A stretch of DNA of 64,000 bases from Candidatus Ozemobacteraceae bacterium (GTDB lineage: Bacteria > Muiribacteriota > Ozemobacteria > Ozemobacterales > Ozemobacteraceae). The notes under the pieces are model-generated. The model was not told the origin of the DNA, ran no database searches, and saw only the letters and a list, made by a program, of their open reading frames with translations. The stretch lies in the NCBI GenBank assembly GCA_965140445.1, contig OZ223236.1, positions 2,272,001 to 2,336,000 on the forward strand, read 5' to 3'. Shown piece after piece: positions 7,891-16,560 of the stretch; position 1 is the first letter of the stretch, and every line of letters begins with the position of its first letter. Made by a program: the position numbers and the translations under genes.

Positions 7891-8676
7891 ATGGCTATTT
7901 CCAGCATTGAATCGCGTATTTGCAGTTCCTGGCAAACAAAGCCCGGTGGAGTTTCTGGCAACAAATTTCTTTTTGCGCAATCCATGAGTTCAAATTCTGC
8001 GATTACATCCTCTGAGGAGTCTGTTGAGAGTATGCTCGATGCAGATCCAGTTCAGGAAGTTGATAAGACTTCAACAACTTCTCAATCAGATGTAAAAGAG
8101 GATTCGCCTAAAGGATTCTATGATGCTTACGAAGAAAGAGTCAAAGAATCTCCCATCCTGAGTAAATACTATGAAAAGTTGGGTGGCATTCCCTATCATC
8201 AAGGCGAAGACGGAATAAAAATTCCAGCTCTATTGTTCTTAGAGGGCGGTGATATTGGCGGTTCAGGCAGCATCAATGGTAATTTGGAAATGGGACTTGA
8301 ACTTTTTCAGGACGAATTTTCAGATTGGATGCGACAGGAAGATGTTTTTAGTAATCCACCAATTAATCTTAAGTCCAATTCAAGTGGACAGATCGTAGTT
8401 GAAGGTGATCATCCGCAAAAGGATAAGATCGAGGCATATTTTAAAGAGCACGACGATATGGCAAATTTCTTTAAGGGAATGACGGCCGCTAAGAGCCTGA
8501 TAGAAATTGGGAAAGAATCCTCAAAATTTCAGGAGGCTTATAGAATTGATCCCCAGGCAGCGATAAGAGAGTATTCACACTTTTTTTCAGGAAAATATTA
8601 TTATGAATCTTCTTTGAATATTTCGGATTCTGGATTTGATTTATTTTCAGAACCAAAATGGGCGATGAACGCTTAA
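7891..8676 (+). CDS. Hypothetical protein, candidate flagellar-regulon member
   Basis: 261 aa, GGAGG RBS, Ser-rich N-terminus, no signal peptide, G.IVVEGDHPQKDKIE motif. Confidence 0.75.
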   Translation: MAISSIESRICSSWQTKPGGVSGNKFLFAQSMSSNSAITSSEESVESMLDADPVQEVDKTSTTSQSDVKEDSPKGFYDAYEERVKESPILSKYYEKLGGIPYHQGEDGIKIPALLFLEGGDIGGSGSINGNLEMGLELFQDEFSDWMRQEDVFSNPPINLKSNSSGQIVVEGDHPQKDKIEAYFKEHDDMANFFKGMTAAKSLIEIGKESSKFQEAYRIDPQAAIREYSHFFSGKYYYESSLNISDSGFDLFSEPKWAMNA

Positions 8677-8680
8677 TAAA

Positions 8681-8724
8681 AAATTCCCCTCTGATTTGTC
8701 TAGTCAGAGGGGGATTTTTTTTTT
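8681..8724. terminator. Bidirectional terminator
   Basis: CCCCTCTGA...TCAGAGGGG stem with A/T tracts between convergent genes. Confidence 0.8.
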
Positions 8725-8727
8725 CGG

Positions 8728-9141
8728 TTATTCAAAAATTTCTGGTTTGTCCTGTCCCATTGAGGAGACTATCATTTTGTAAGGTTTTACTACCAGCAGA
8801 ACGTATTCTGGGTCGTTGACGTCTTTGAAGTAATGAGCCAGAGCAGGTGACCAGAATTTCTGCTTTAATTCAGGGGCTTCCTCAATAACCGCTTTTCCCT
8901 GGATTTGATAATACTTTGGAGTCTCTTTGTTGCCGCCGTAAGCAATGTGGACTTCATCGTTATGTTTTAGATGGCTAACTTTTCTTGAGCTTTTAAATGT
9001 TGCCATTACAACATTGCCACTATCGTCTGCGCTTGCCATCATCGCTCTCACCCAGGGTTTGTTATCAGGACTTACTGTACCCAGGTTTGTCAGAGTTGGC
9101 TTCTCAAAAAGTTTAATGACATTTGTAAAGATTTCTTTCAT
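8728..9141 (-). CDS. Pyridoxamine 5'-phosphate oxidase-like FMN-binding protein (general stress protein 26 type)
   Basis: LGTV..DNKPWVRAM, SRKV..L, W......YF...NDPEYVLL; AGGAG RBS. Confidence 0.8.
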   Translation of the reverse strand: MKEIFTNVIKLFEKPTLTNLGTVSPDNKPWVRAMMASADDSGNVVMATFKSSRKVSHLKHNDEVHIAYGGNKETPKYYQIQGKAVIEEAPELKQKFWSPALAHYFKDVNDPEYVLLVVKPYKMIVSSMGQDKPEIFE

Positions 9142-9162
9142 GTCTGCTCCTCTTATTTAATT

Positions 9163-9867
9163 TTAGATCAAGATGTCTTTATCTCCAGAAGCTAGAGCTT
9201 CCAGCTCATCTTTACTTGCAATTGTAATTTTAGTCCCCTTTACATCAATAAGTCCAGCTTGCTGCATTTTTTTAAAAGTTCGGCTAAGGGTTGCTGGAAT
9301 TGTACCTATTCTGCCAGCTAAGGCTGTCTTTGTTATCTCAAGAGCAAATGAATTTTTCCCGGAGTGGCGTGCCATTCGTAAAATATATTTAGCCAGTCTT
9401 GATGAGATGTCTTTTAATGACAAGTCGTCTATTAGCTCTACAAACTGTCTTAATCTTAAAGATAGTACTGCCAACAGGTTTAAAAGAATTTCGGGGTGCT
9501 TCTTACTTAAAGACAGAAACGCATTACGCGGAACAAATAAAAGTTGGGAATCAGTTAAACAAACTGCTGAAGCTGGGAAAGCCGTACCTTGAAAAACAGG
9601 AACTTCTCCAAAAACCTCGCCGTCGTCAAAAATATGAATGACCTGTTCTCTACCATCGTTTGCTAATCTAAAAATTTTAACGTTTCCTTTTTCTATCAGA
9701 TAAAATCCATCCGCCTCCTGGTGTTGCATAAAGAGAATTTTTCCGGATTGATGGGTGATTGGGATGGCTATTTCGCTGAGTTTTTCCAGAAATTTTTCTT
9801 CTAATTCCCGGAGTAGGTCACTTTTCTTAAACGCTTCTATGATGTTGGTTTGCAGTTCTGCTTTCAT
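9163..9867 (-). CDS. hcpR: Crp/Fnr-family regulator, HcpR-like
   Basis: cNMP-binding fold (G.VKI...DGREQ, GEVFGE) and C-terminal HTH (LAGRIGTIPATLSR); divergent from hcp operon. Confidence 0.8.
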   Translation of the reverse strand: MKAELQTNIIEAFKKSDLLRELEEKFLEKLSEIAIPITHQSGKILFMQHQEADGFYLIEKGNVKIFRLANDGREQVIHIFDDGEVFGEVPVFQGTAFPASAVCLTDSQLLFVPRNAFLSLSKKHPEILLNLLAVLSLRLRQFVELIDDLSLKDISSRLAKYILRMARHSGKNSFALEITKTALAGRIGTIPATLSRTFKKMQQAGLIDVKGTKITIASKDELEALASGDKDILI

Positions 9868-9926
9868 GTCTCAATTCTAGAGTAAATTTAAGTAATTTTC
9901 AAAAATAAATAAAAAAGTTTACAGAA

Positions 9927-9940
9927 TTGACTTAAGTCAA
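9927..9940. promoter_or_regulatory. FNR/HcpR-type operator
   Basis: Perfect palindrome TTGAC-TTAA-GTCAA, with candidate -10 GATAAT at 9963-9968 (class II spacing). Confidence 0.75.
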
Positions 9941-10010
9941 AGCGCAAATAAGTGAATTTGAAGATAATAATTATGTAAGAACAAAGAAAAGCAAACAAAG
10001 GAGCAACCAA

Positions 10011-10811
10011 ATGGCTTTAAGAAAAATTATCAACATAGATGAATCTTTGTGTAATGGTTGTGGAAATTGCATTACTGGGTGTGCTGAAGGCGCACTTCAA
10101 TTAGTAGATGGTAAGGCAAAGCTGGTTAAAGAAACCTTTTGTGATGGTTTTGGAGATTGCATTGGAACTTGTCCCACCGGAGCTTTGACCATAGAAGAAA
10201 GGGATTGTGAAGAGTTTGATTTTGATGTTACGCTTGACTATGTAAGAGAGATCAGAGGGGAAGATGGCGCAAATAGAATGATAGATTCTCATGCAAAACA
10301 TGAGGCCATTGAAAAAGTAGAACCAAAGAAACGCGGGGGTTGTCCAGGAAGCCAGATCAGGTTTAATAAGCCTGAGGTTTTGTCTACACCAGTTTCAAAT
10401 GTGCAAATGCCAGTGGTAAACAAGTCTGAAATCAGTCAGTGGCCAATAATGCTGCATCTGGTTCCACCATCTGCACCCTTTTTCAAGAATCGCGAACTAG
10501 CTATTCTTAGCACCTGCTCAAGTGTTACAAGTCCAGATGTGCAGTGGAGATATATTCGTGGTAGAGCAGTAGTGGTGGCATGTCCAAAACTTGATAGAAC
10601 TGAAGGCTATGTTGATAAGCTTGCTGGAATTTTAAATGAGAATCAGATTCCAAAAGTTCACATAATTCGAATGGAAGTTCCTTGCTGCGGTGGATTGACA
10701 GCCATCGTCAGATCAGCATTAGCAAAAGTTGATCGCAATGATCTAATTGTGGAAGAAGTTACAGTAAGTCTTTCAGGGGAAATTCTTAAAACTGAAAAAA
10801 TTTTTGGTTAG
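10011..10811 (+). CDS. 4Fe-4S dicluster protein (FrdX-like, hcp-associated)
   Basis: CNGCGNCITGC and CDGFGDCIGTCP; GGCPG, QWP..L, ACPKLD, MEVPCCGG. Confidence 0.85.
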   Translation: MALRKIINIDESLCNGCGNCITGCAEGALQLVDGKAKLVKETFCDGFGDCIGTCPTGALTIEERDCEEFDFDVTLDYVREIRGEDGANRMIDSHAKHEAIEKVEPKKRGGCPGSQIRFNKPEVLSTPVSNVQMPVVNKSEISQWPIMLHLVPPSAPFFKNRELAILSTCSSVTSPDVQWRYIRGRAVVVACPKLDRTEGYVDKLAGILNENQIPKVHIIRMEVPCCGGLTAIVRSALAKVDRNDLIVEEVTVSLSGEILKTEKIFG

Positions 10812-10820
10812 GGGGAAATT

Positions 10821-11147
10821 ATGAGTAATCCAGTCTGGAGTCCTAAAAAAGTAATAAATTATAGTGAATTTGTAAGTTATTCAGAGGGGTCGATTGTAAG
10901 CAAGACCCTTTTTGACAAACCATCGGGAAGCTTAACTCTCTTTGCTATTGCTGAAGGGCAGGGCATTGCAGAGCATAAATCACCTTTTGACGCCACAGTA
11001 AATGTTCTTGATGGCGAAGGTGTTTTTGAAATTGAAGGCGAAGAGTTTGTGGTTAAAGCCGGAGAAGCTTTAATTATGCCGGCAATGGTTCCCCATGCAG
11101 TAAAAGCCGGAAAAGCGTTTAAATTTTTACTAATTATGATCAGGTAA
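10821..11147 (+). CDS. Cupin-domain protein
   Basis: GQGIAEH.SPFDA...GEG...MPA.VPHAV. Confidence 0.85.
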   Translation: MSNPVWSPKKVINYSEFVSYSEGSIVSKTLFDKPSGSLTLFAIAEGQGIAEHKSPFDATVNVLDGEGVFEIEGEEFVVKAGEALIMPAMVPHAVKAGKAFKFLLIMIR

Positions 11148-11210
11148 TTAACTGAGCCTTGAACTCAGAGATATCTAAAACTTAACGATTAAATTCTTAG
11201 GAGGAATAAT

Positions 11211-12857
11211 ATGGGTATGTTTTGTTATCAGTGTCAGGAAACTGCAGCTTGTAAAGGCTGCACTATTAAAGGTGTTTGTGGCAAGCAACCAGAAACTGCT
11301 CAACTGCAGGACTTATTGGTTTTCGTGTTGAGAGGAATTGGAGAACTCGGTGAAAAAGGAGCTGCCAAAGGGCTAATTACTACTGAAGTTGGTGAGTTTA
11401 TTTCAGCTTCATTATTTGCCACTATTACCAATGCCAATTTTGATAACGAATACTTCTTTAACAGAGTTGATCAGGCTCTAAAATTAAGAAATAAAATGAA
11501 AAAGCAGCTTGTAGATGCAGGAATTGGTTTAGAGGGCCTCTCTGAAGCTGTAGCATGGGAACCTGTTTCTCGTGATGAATATATGGCAAAAGCTGAGCAC
11601 GTTGGTGTTCTAGCCACTGAAAATGAAGACGTTAGATCTCTTCGTGAGCTTCTTATGTATGGCCTCAAAGGAATTGCGGCATATGCTCACCATGCTTTTA
11701 TTCTTGACCACAGTGACAAAGCTATTTATGAATTCCTTGCAGAAGCTTTGGCCTCTACAACTAAATCTCTTAGCGTTGATGAAATGGTGGGACTCGTTCT
11801 CAAAGCTGGAGAAGTGGCAGTGACTACAATGGCTCTGCTGGACAAGGCAAATACTTCCACTTATGGAAATCCAGAAATCACTGAAGTTGATCTCGGTGTT
11901 GGAACTAGGCCCGGAATCCTGGTTTCAGGTCATGACTTGAGAGACTTCCATGATCTTCTCGAACAAACAAAAGATGCTGGAATTGATATTTATACTCATA
12001 GCGAAATGCTTCCGGCCAATTACTATCCAGCTTTCAAAAAATACAGTCATTTCCATGGCAACTATGGAAACGCATGGTGGAAACAAGCTGAAGAATTTAC
12101 TTCCTTTAATGGACCGATTCTTATGACCACCAACTGTATTGTCCCTGTAAAAGATGCATATAAAGATAGAATTTATACCACTGGTAACGCAGGTTATCCA
12201 GGAGTAAAACACATTGCTGACCGTCCAGAAGGCGGAGTTAAGGATTTTTCAGAAATAATTGCCCAGGCCAAAAAATGCCAGGCTCCAGTTGAAATAGAAA
12301 CCGGAAAAATAGTGGGTGGTTTTGCTCATAACCAGGTTCTTGCTCTTGCAGATAAAGTTGTTGCAGCAGTTAAGAGTGGCGCTATCAAAAGATTTGTTGT
12401 AATGGCAGGATGCGATGGACGTCAGAAAGGGCGCGAATACTTTACTGATGTTGCAAAAGAACTTCCGGAAGGAACTGTAATTCTTACTGCTGGTTGTGCC
12501 AAATATCGTTACAATAAGCTTCAATTGGGCGATATAGGAGGAATTCCAAGAGTTCTTGATGCCGGGCAGTGTAACGATAGTTATTCATTGGCAGTTGTGG
12601 CACTAAAGCTTAAAGAAGTTTTTGCTCTCGAAGATATTAACGAGCTTCCAATATCATTTGATATAGGATGGTATGAACAAAAAGCTGTTGCTGTTCTACT
12701 TGCTCTCCTTCACCTTGGTGTTAAGGGAATTCGCTTAGGGCCTACACTCCCAGCATTCCTTTCTCCAACAGTTGCTAAAGTTCTTGTTGAAAACTTTGAT
12801 TTAAAAGCAACTGGTGAAGTAAAAGCTGACATCGAAGCAATGATGCAGGGAAAATAA
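11211..12857 (+). CDS. hcp: Hybrid cluster protein (hydroxylamine/NO reductase)
   Basis: MFCYQCQET...[37 protein letters not shown]. Confidence 0.97.
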   Translation: MGMFCYQCQETAACKGCTIKGVCGKQPETAQLQDLLVFVLRGIGELGEKGAAKGLITTEVGEFISASLFATITNANFDNEYFFNRVDQALKLRNKMKKQLVDAGIGLEGLSEAVAWEPVSRDEYMAKAEHVGVLATENEDVRSLRELLMYGLKGIAAYAHHAFILDHSDKAIYEFLAEALASTTKSLSVDEMVGLVLKAGEVAVTTMALLDKANTSTYGNPEITEVDLGVGTRPGILVSGHDLRDFHDLLEQTKDAGIDIYTHSEMLPANYYPAFKKYSHFHGNYGNAWWKQAEEFTSFNGPILMTTNCIVPVKDAYKDRIYTTGNAGYPGVKHIADRPEGGVKDFSEIIAQAKKCQAPVEIETGKIVGGFAHNQVLALADKVVAAVKSGAIKRFVVMAGCDGRQKGREYFTDVAKELPEGTVILTAGCAKYRYNKLQLGDIGGIPRVLDAGQCNDSYSLAVVALKLKEVFALEDINELPISFDIGWYEQKAVAVLLALLHLGVKGIRLGPTLPAFLSPTVAKVLVENFDLKATGEVKADIEAMMQGK

Positions 12858-12881
12858 AGAAAAATATCTCTTTCAAAATTG

Positions 12882-12908
12882 CAGGCCGCCAAATTGGCGG
12901 CCTGTTTT
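12882..12908 (+). terminator. Rho-independent terminator
   Basis: CAGGCCGCCAA-a-TTGGCGGCCTG-TTTT. Confidence 0.8.
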
Positions 12909-12963
12909 ACTTTTAGTGAAAAAATTGTAGAATAAAACGGAAATAGCAATAGTTGAGGAACAG

Positions 12964-13794
12964 ATGCATATAAGTCGCTTTCAAGATATGGATTTTTTAG
13001 CTGTTAAGGATGCTTTATCACTTCCATCAGGAGAATTTTCGTCTGCTGAAGAGAATTTAAAATATTTCGAAGAATTTAAACCCCAAAACTGGTTTTGTGC
13101 TCTGGATAATGATGAACAACCTGTTGGCTTTGTTATTTCACGTTATGATTCTGAATTGATGCATGATCTTGAAATTTTTGTTAAAGATTCGTTAGACCGA
13201 AATGCTGTTTTGCTTGCTCTGTTAGGACGATTTAATGTTGTCAGTGCTGAATTATACCCAGATTACAAGTTTCGAATCTCTGTGGTAAAGAAGGACAAAA
13301 TTCTTAACTCTGTTATTCAGAAAATATTCGTTATTGATTCAAAATCAGAGTTTCTTTTGATGGAAAAAGATTTGGTTGGTCATCTTTCTGGTAGAAGTAT
13401 TAAAGAGCATGCCTCTTCTGAAGAGATTTCACAAATTCTGGATTTGTTTGCAGGCGTTAAACAATATACCCAGGAAGAGATTCAGAAACTGGTTGGGCAA
13501 AAAAAGATATTTTGGATAAAACATAATGAAAAGATTGCCGCAGCAGTACATTTTGAAGACAGACCAGAAGTTGCTTGCGAACTAATTACAATGGTCACCT
13601 CGGATGAACTGAGGGGAGAGGGCTTTGCAACAAGACTTCTGGAGTTGTTGAAGCACGAATTTAAGGGACGATATGCAAAGATGTTTGTAAAGGTGAACAG
13701 TATTAATCAGCCAGGTATTAGCCTTTGCTGTAATGCCGGTTTGTTATCAAATCCCAATAAAATTGAAACTCAGTATATTTGCACTATTGCCTGA
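12964..13794 (+). CDS. GNAT-family N-acetyltransferase (probably tandem domains)
   Basis: LRGEGFATRLL acetyl-CoA motif, N.PGI; GAGG RBS. Confidence 0.7.
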   Translation: MHISRFQDMDFLAVKDALSLPSGEFSSAEENLKYFEEFKPQNWFCALDNDEQPVGFVISRYDSELMHDLEIFVKDSLDRNAVLLALLGRFNVVSAELYPDYKFRISVVKKDKILNSVIQKIFVIDSKSEFLLMEKDLVGHLSGRSIKEHASSEEISQILDLFAGVKQYTQEEIQKLVGQKKIFWIKHNEKIAAAVHFEDRPEVACELITMVTSDELRGEGFATRLLELLKHEFKGRYAKMFVKVNSINQPGISLCCNAGLLSNPNKIETQYICTIA

Positions 13795-13891
13795 GCCAAA
13801 ACTTGCGCCATTTTCATTATTTAGGTCTTTAATGAAGATGAAGTGCCGCAAGTTCTGGCTTAAAGCTTTGCAAAATGAAAAAACTAATCAG

Positions 13892-14605
13892 CTATTTTTC
13901 TATGGAGTTCCAATCGGGACCAATATTTGGAAATTTTGCTCTGAATTTTTCTAATTCATCAAAACTCGAAAAATTTCGTACTCCAAAGTGTCTTTTCCAA
14001 CCAAAGAAATCTGCAGGATGAGCAAAATCAAAACCTTTGTTTTTTCTGGCAATGTTTTCTGCAAAAACCCTGTCTGAATTTGAATGATCAACGCCCGGAG
14101 TCCCATCAGGTTCAACCTCTTTGCCTTTTTTCCATGCGGCGTCACCTATCATAAGGCTGTTTTTCCAGTCCAGTTTCAGGCCTGCCTCTTTGAGGCATTT
14201 TTCAAGAAAAAGAGCCATTCCTGGTTTTGGTTTTCTGTATTCATCACATCTATCCGCAAAATCGAAATAGTTTATTAAAACGCCATAGTCGGCAATCTTT
14301 TTTACCGTTGCGTGCATTGCAGATTCAGCATCAGATAATTTCAAGTGCCCATATTGGACTCCTGCCTGGTTAGAAACAATTGCCAGCAAATAGCCTTGGT
14401 TAACAAGCGACTTCAAAATGGGAATGATACAGGGTAGCAATTCAACATCCTGGGCTTTTAATGGAGAAGGGCGGCCGCTTTTGGCTATTCTTAAGGTGCT
14501 GTCAGCATCAAAAAAGGCAACTTTAAAGGAAACCTCTTTTTTCTGTGTTTCCGATAACACAAGCTGTCTTCTTTTAAGTGGAATTTTAGCTATATTTTTT
14601 TTCAT
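13892..14605 (-). CDS. HAD-IIIA phosphatase, DNA 3'-phosphatase/PNKP-like
   Basis: FFDADSTL, SNQAG, RKPKPGM, IGDAA, DHSNSDRVFA. Confidence 0.8.
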   Translation of the reverse strand: MKKNIAKIPLKRRQLVLSETQKKEVSFKVAFFDADSTLRIAKSGRPSPLKAQDVELLPCIIPILKSLVNQGYLLAIVSNQAGVQYGHLKLSDAESAMHATVKKIADYGVLINYFDFADRCDEYRKPKPGMALFLEKCLKEAGLKLDWKNSLMIGDAAWKKGKEVEPDGTPGVDHSNSDRVFAENIARKNKGFDFAHPADFFGWKRHFGVRNFSSFDELEKFRAKFPNIGPDWNSIEK

Positions 14606-14652
14606 TTTTTGCTTCCATGTTTTTTTCTATGAATGTATTTAAGGCATTAAAT

Positions 14653-14686
14653 AGGCGCAATACCAAAATAAATTGATATTGCGCCT
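14653..14686 (-). terminator. Stem-loop downstream of the pepF pair
   Basis: AGGCGCAATA...TATTGCGCCT inverted repeat; weak U-tract. Confidence 0.45.
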
Positions 14687-14697
14687 GTATTGATTAA

Positions 14698-16503
14698 TCA
14701 GGGAAGCTCTTGCTTAGCTAATCTGACTAGAAGATCCAATTCTTCTTTATGTCCCAGAATAGCATTTTCCCAGAACGATTCTTGTTCGAGGTCTTCGCCA
14801 ATTGTCTTTTTGACAACCAAATGCGCCAGGTCAGAGCCGGATTGTTTCAGAAATTCCTGGTAATAAGGAAGGAATTCTTTTCTATTTTCTTTGAAACGCT
14901 TATAAAGACCACAACTCAGCAAGTAACCAAATGTATAGGGGTAGTTGTAAAAAGAAATTCCAGTTTTATAAAAATGCTTGGTTGAGGCCCATGAATAAAG
15001 ACTTATACTGTCTGGGTCCATAGTGTCGCCATACATTCTTATAGAAGCAGCTTTCATTAATTCTTTTAATCTTGAAACGGCAACTTCTCCATTTGCTCTT
15101 TCCTCATAGAAGGATTTTTCAAAATAAAAACGGCTGGGAACATCCATTAAAAAGATCATTGCTCGATTCAGTTTGAGCGAAAGTGTTAAAAGCTTTCTTG
15201 AGTCTGGAACTTCTTCAGAATTAAGAACTCCGTCAGCTAGTAAAAACTCAGCAAAAGTTGAGGCAGTTTCAGCAAGGGTCATTGGATAGCTCCGCGTAAA
15301 GCCTCTCATTCCTTTCATTTGTCTGTTATGAAACGCATGTCCAGCCTCGTGTGCCAGCGTGGAAATGTCTCCATATTGACCTGCAAAAGTCATGAATATT
15401 CTAGATTCTTCAATGAAAGCTGAACTGGTGCAAAATGCGCCCGGAACTTTATCATCTGATGGAATAGAATCAATCCATCTTTTTTCAATTGTTTCGTTAA
15501 AGAATTTCCCCAGCTCTGGAAGACTTTTTGAAAAAGAATTCCGCACCATTTCGACCCCGTTAGCCCAAGTGCTTTTACCAACGCCAGGGGTGCAGATAGG
15601 TGCACGAAGGTCAAATTCTGAGAGCTTGGGCAATTTTAGTATTTTGGCCTTTGTCGCAACGATTTCTCTACAGAAATCAATGTTTTTATCAATTGCAGAA
15701 AACATTGCTTCAAGCGTCTTTGCAGAGATTCTTGACTGTCTCAATGCATTATCCATAAAGCCAGAAAGTCCTCGTTTTTTATAAAGAAGCAGGCGAGTAC
15801 CGGCAATAGAGTTTAGCGCCTGGGCGCAGACATCTTCTGCGCTTTGCCATGCCTTTTCAGCTCCTCTGAATGCTGCTTCTCTGACCTTCCTGTCGCCGCT
15901 TTGAATTAGGGATCGGTAACGTGAAACAGGTAAGGAAATAGGTTGGCCTTCCTCGTTTATTGCATCCAGCTTCAATTTTCCGCTCATTGATTGATAAAGT
16001 CTTTCCCATGCACTAAAGCCTGTTATGCTCAATTCAGAAGAAAGGTCTTCTAATTCAGAGTCCATCATCAGGTTTGCATTTTTTCTTGCCTCAGAAAGCA
16101 TAAAAGAGGCTGAATTAAGGGCAGGACGTGAAAGAAATTCAGCAAAATCTTCATTGCTGATCGAAGTTAATGATTTTTTCAGGTGGGTATTTAACTTGCT
16201 TAATCTGGTTGAGATCTGAGCAAGCTCAATTGATTCTTTTTTATACTTTTCACTGCTGGTTTTTGCTTTTAATAAACAGTTCACGTAGGTTCCAAGATGG
16301 CGGAATTTCAATTGAAATTTTTCCATATCCAGCAACCATTTTTCCCAGGCAGCAAAATTGGCTTTACTGAGTTCTTGTAGGTTTTCAGCACTTTTTTCAA
16401 GTGCATCAATATTTTTAAATGTTTCTGATTTAAAATCCAGCATTTCTTTTCCGCGAAACTCGGGAAAAAAGCTGTCGAGGCTCCAATTCATTCCTTGTTG
16501 CAT
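14698..16503 (-). CDS. pepF: Oligoendopeptidase F (M3B), copy 2
   Basis: W.LDSFFP, TLAHEAGHAFH, TLAETAS, FYNYPYTFG. Confidence 0.92.
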   Translation of the reverse strand: MQQGMNWSLDSFFPEFRGKEMLDFKSETFKNIDALEKSAENLQELSKANFAAWEKWLLDMEKFQLKFRHLGTYVNCLLKAKTSSEKYKKESIELAQISTRLSKLNTHLKKSLTSISNEDFAEFLSRPALNSASFMLSEARKNANLMMDSELEDLSSELSITGFSAWERLYQSMSGKLKLDAINEEGQPISLPVSRYRSLIQSGDRKVREAAFRGAEKAWQSAEDVCAQALNSIAGTRLLLYKKRGLSGFMDNALRQSRISAKTLEAMFSAIDKNIDFCREIVATKAKILKLPKLSEFDLRAPICTPGVGKSTWANGVEMVRNSFSKSLPELGKFFNETIEKRWIDSIPSDDKVPGAFCTSSAFIEESRIFMTFAGQYGDISTLAHEAGHAFHNRQMKGMRGFTRSYPMTLAETASTFAEFLLADGVLNSEEVPDSRKLLTLSLKLNRAMIFLMDVPSRFYFEKSFYEERANGEVAVSRLKELMKAASIRMYGDTMDPDSISLYSWASTKHFYKTGISFYNYPYTFGYLLSCGLYKRFKENRKEFLPYYQEFLKQSGSDLAHLVVKKTIGEDLEQESFWENAILGHKEELDLLVRLAKQELP

Positions 16504-16560
16504 TTTTTTTCTCTTTTCTATATATAAAAAAATTGAGCCCGGAAAACGGGCCCGCGAAAC

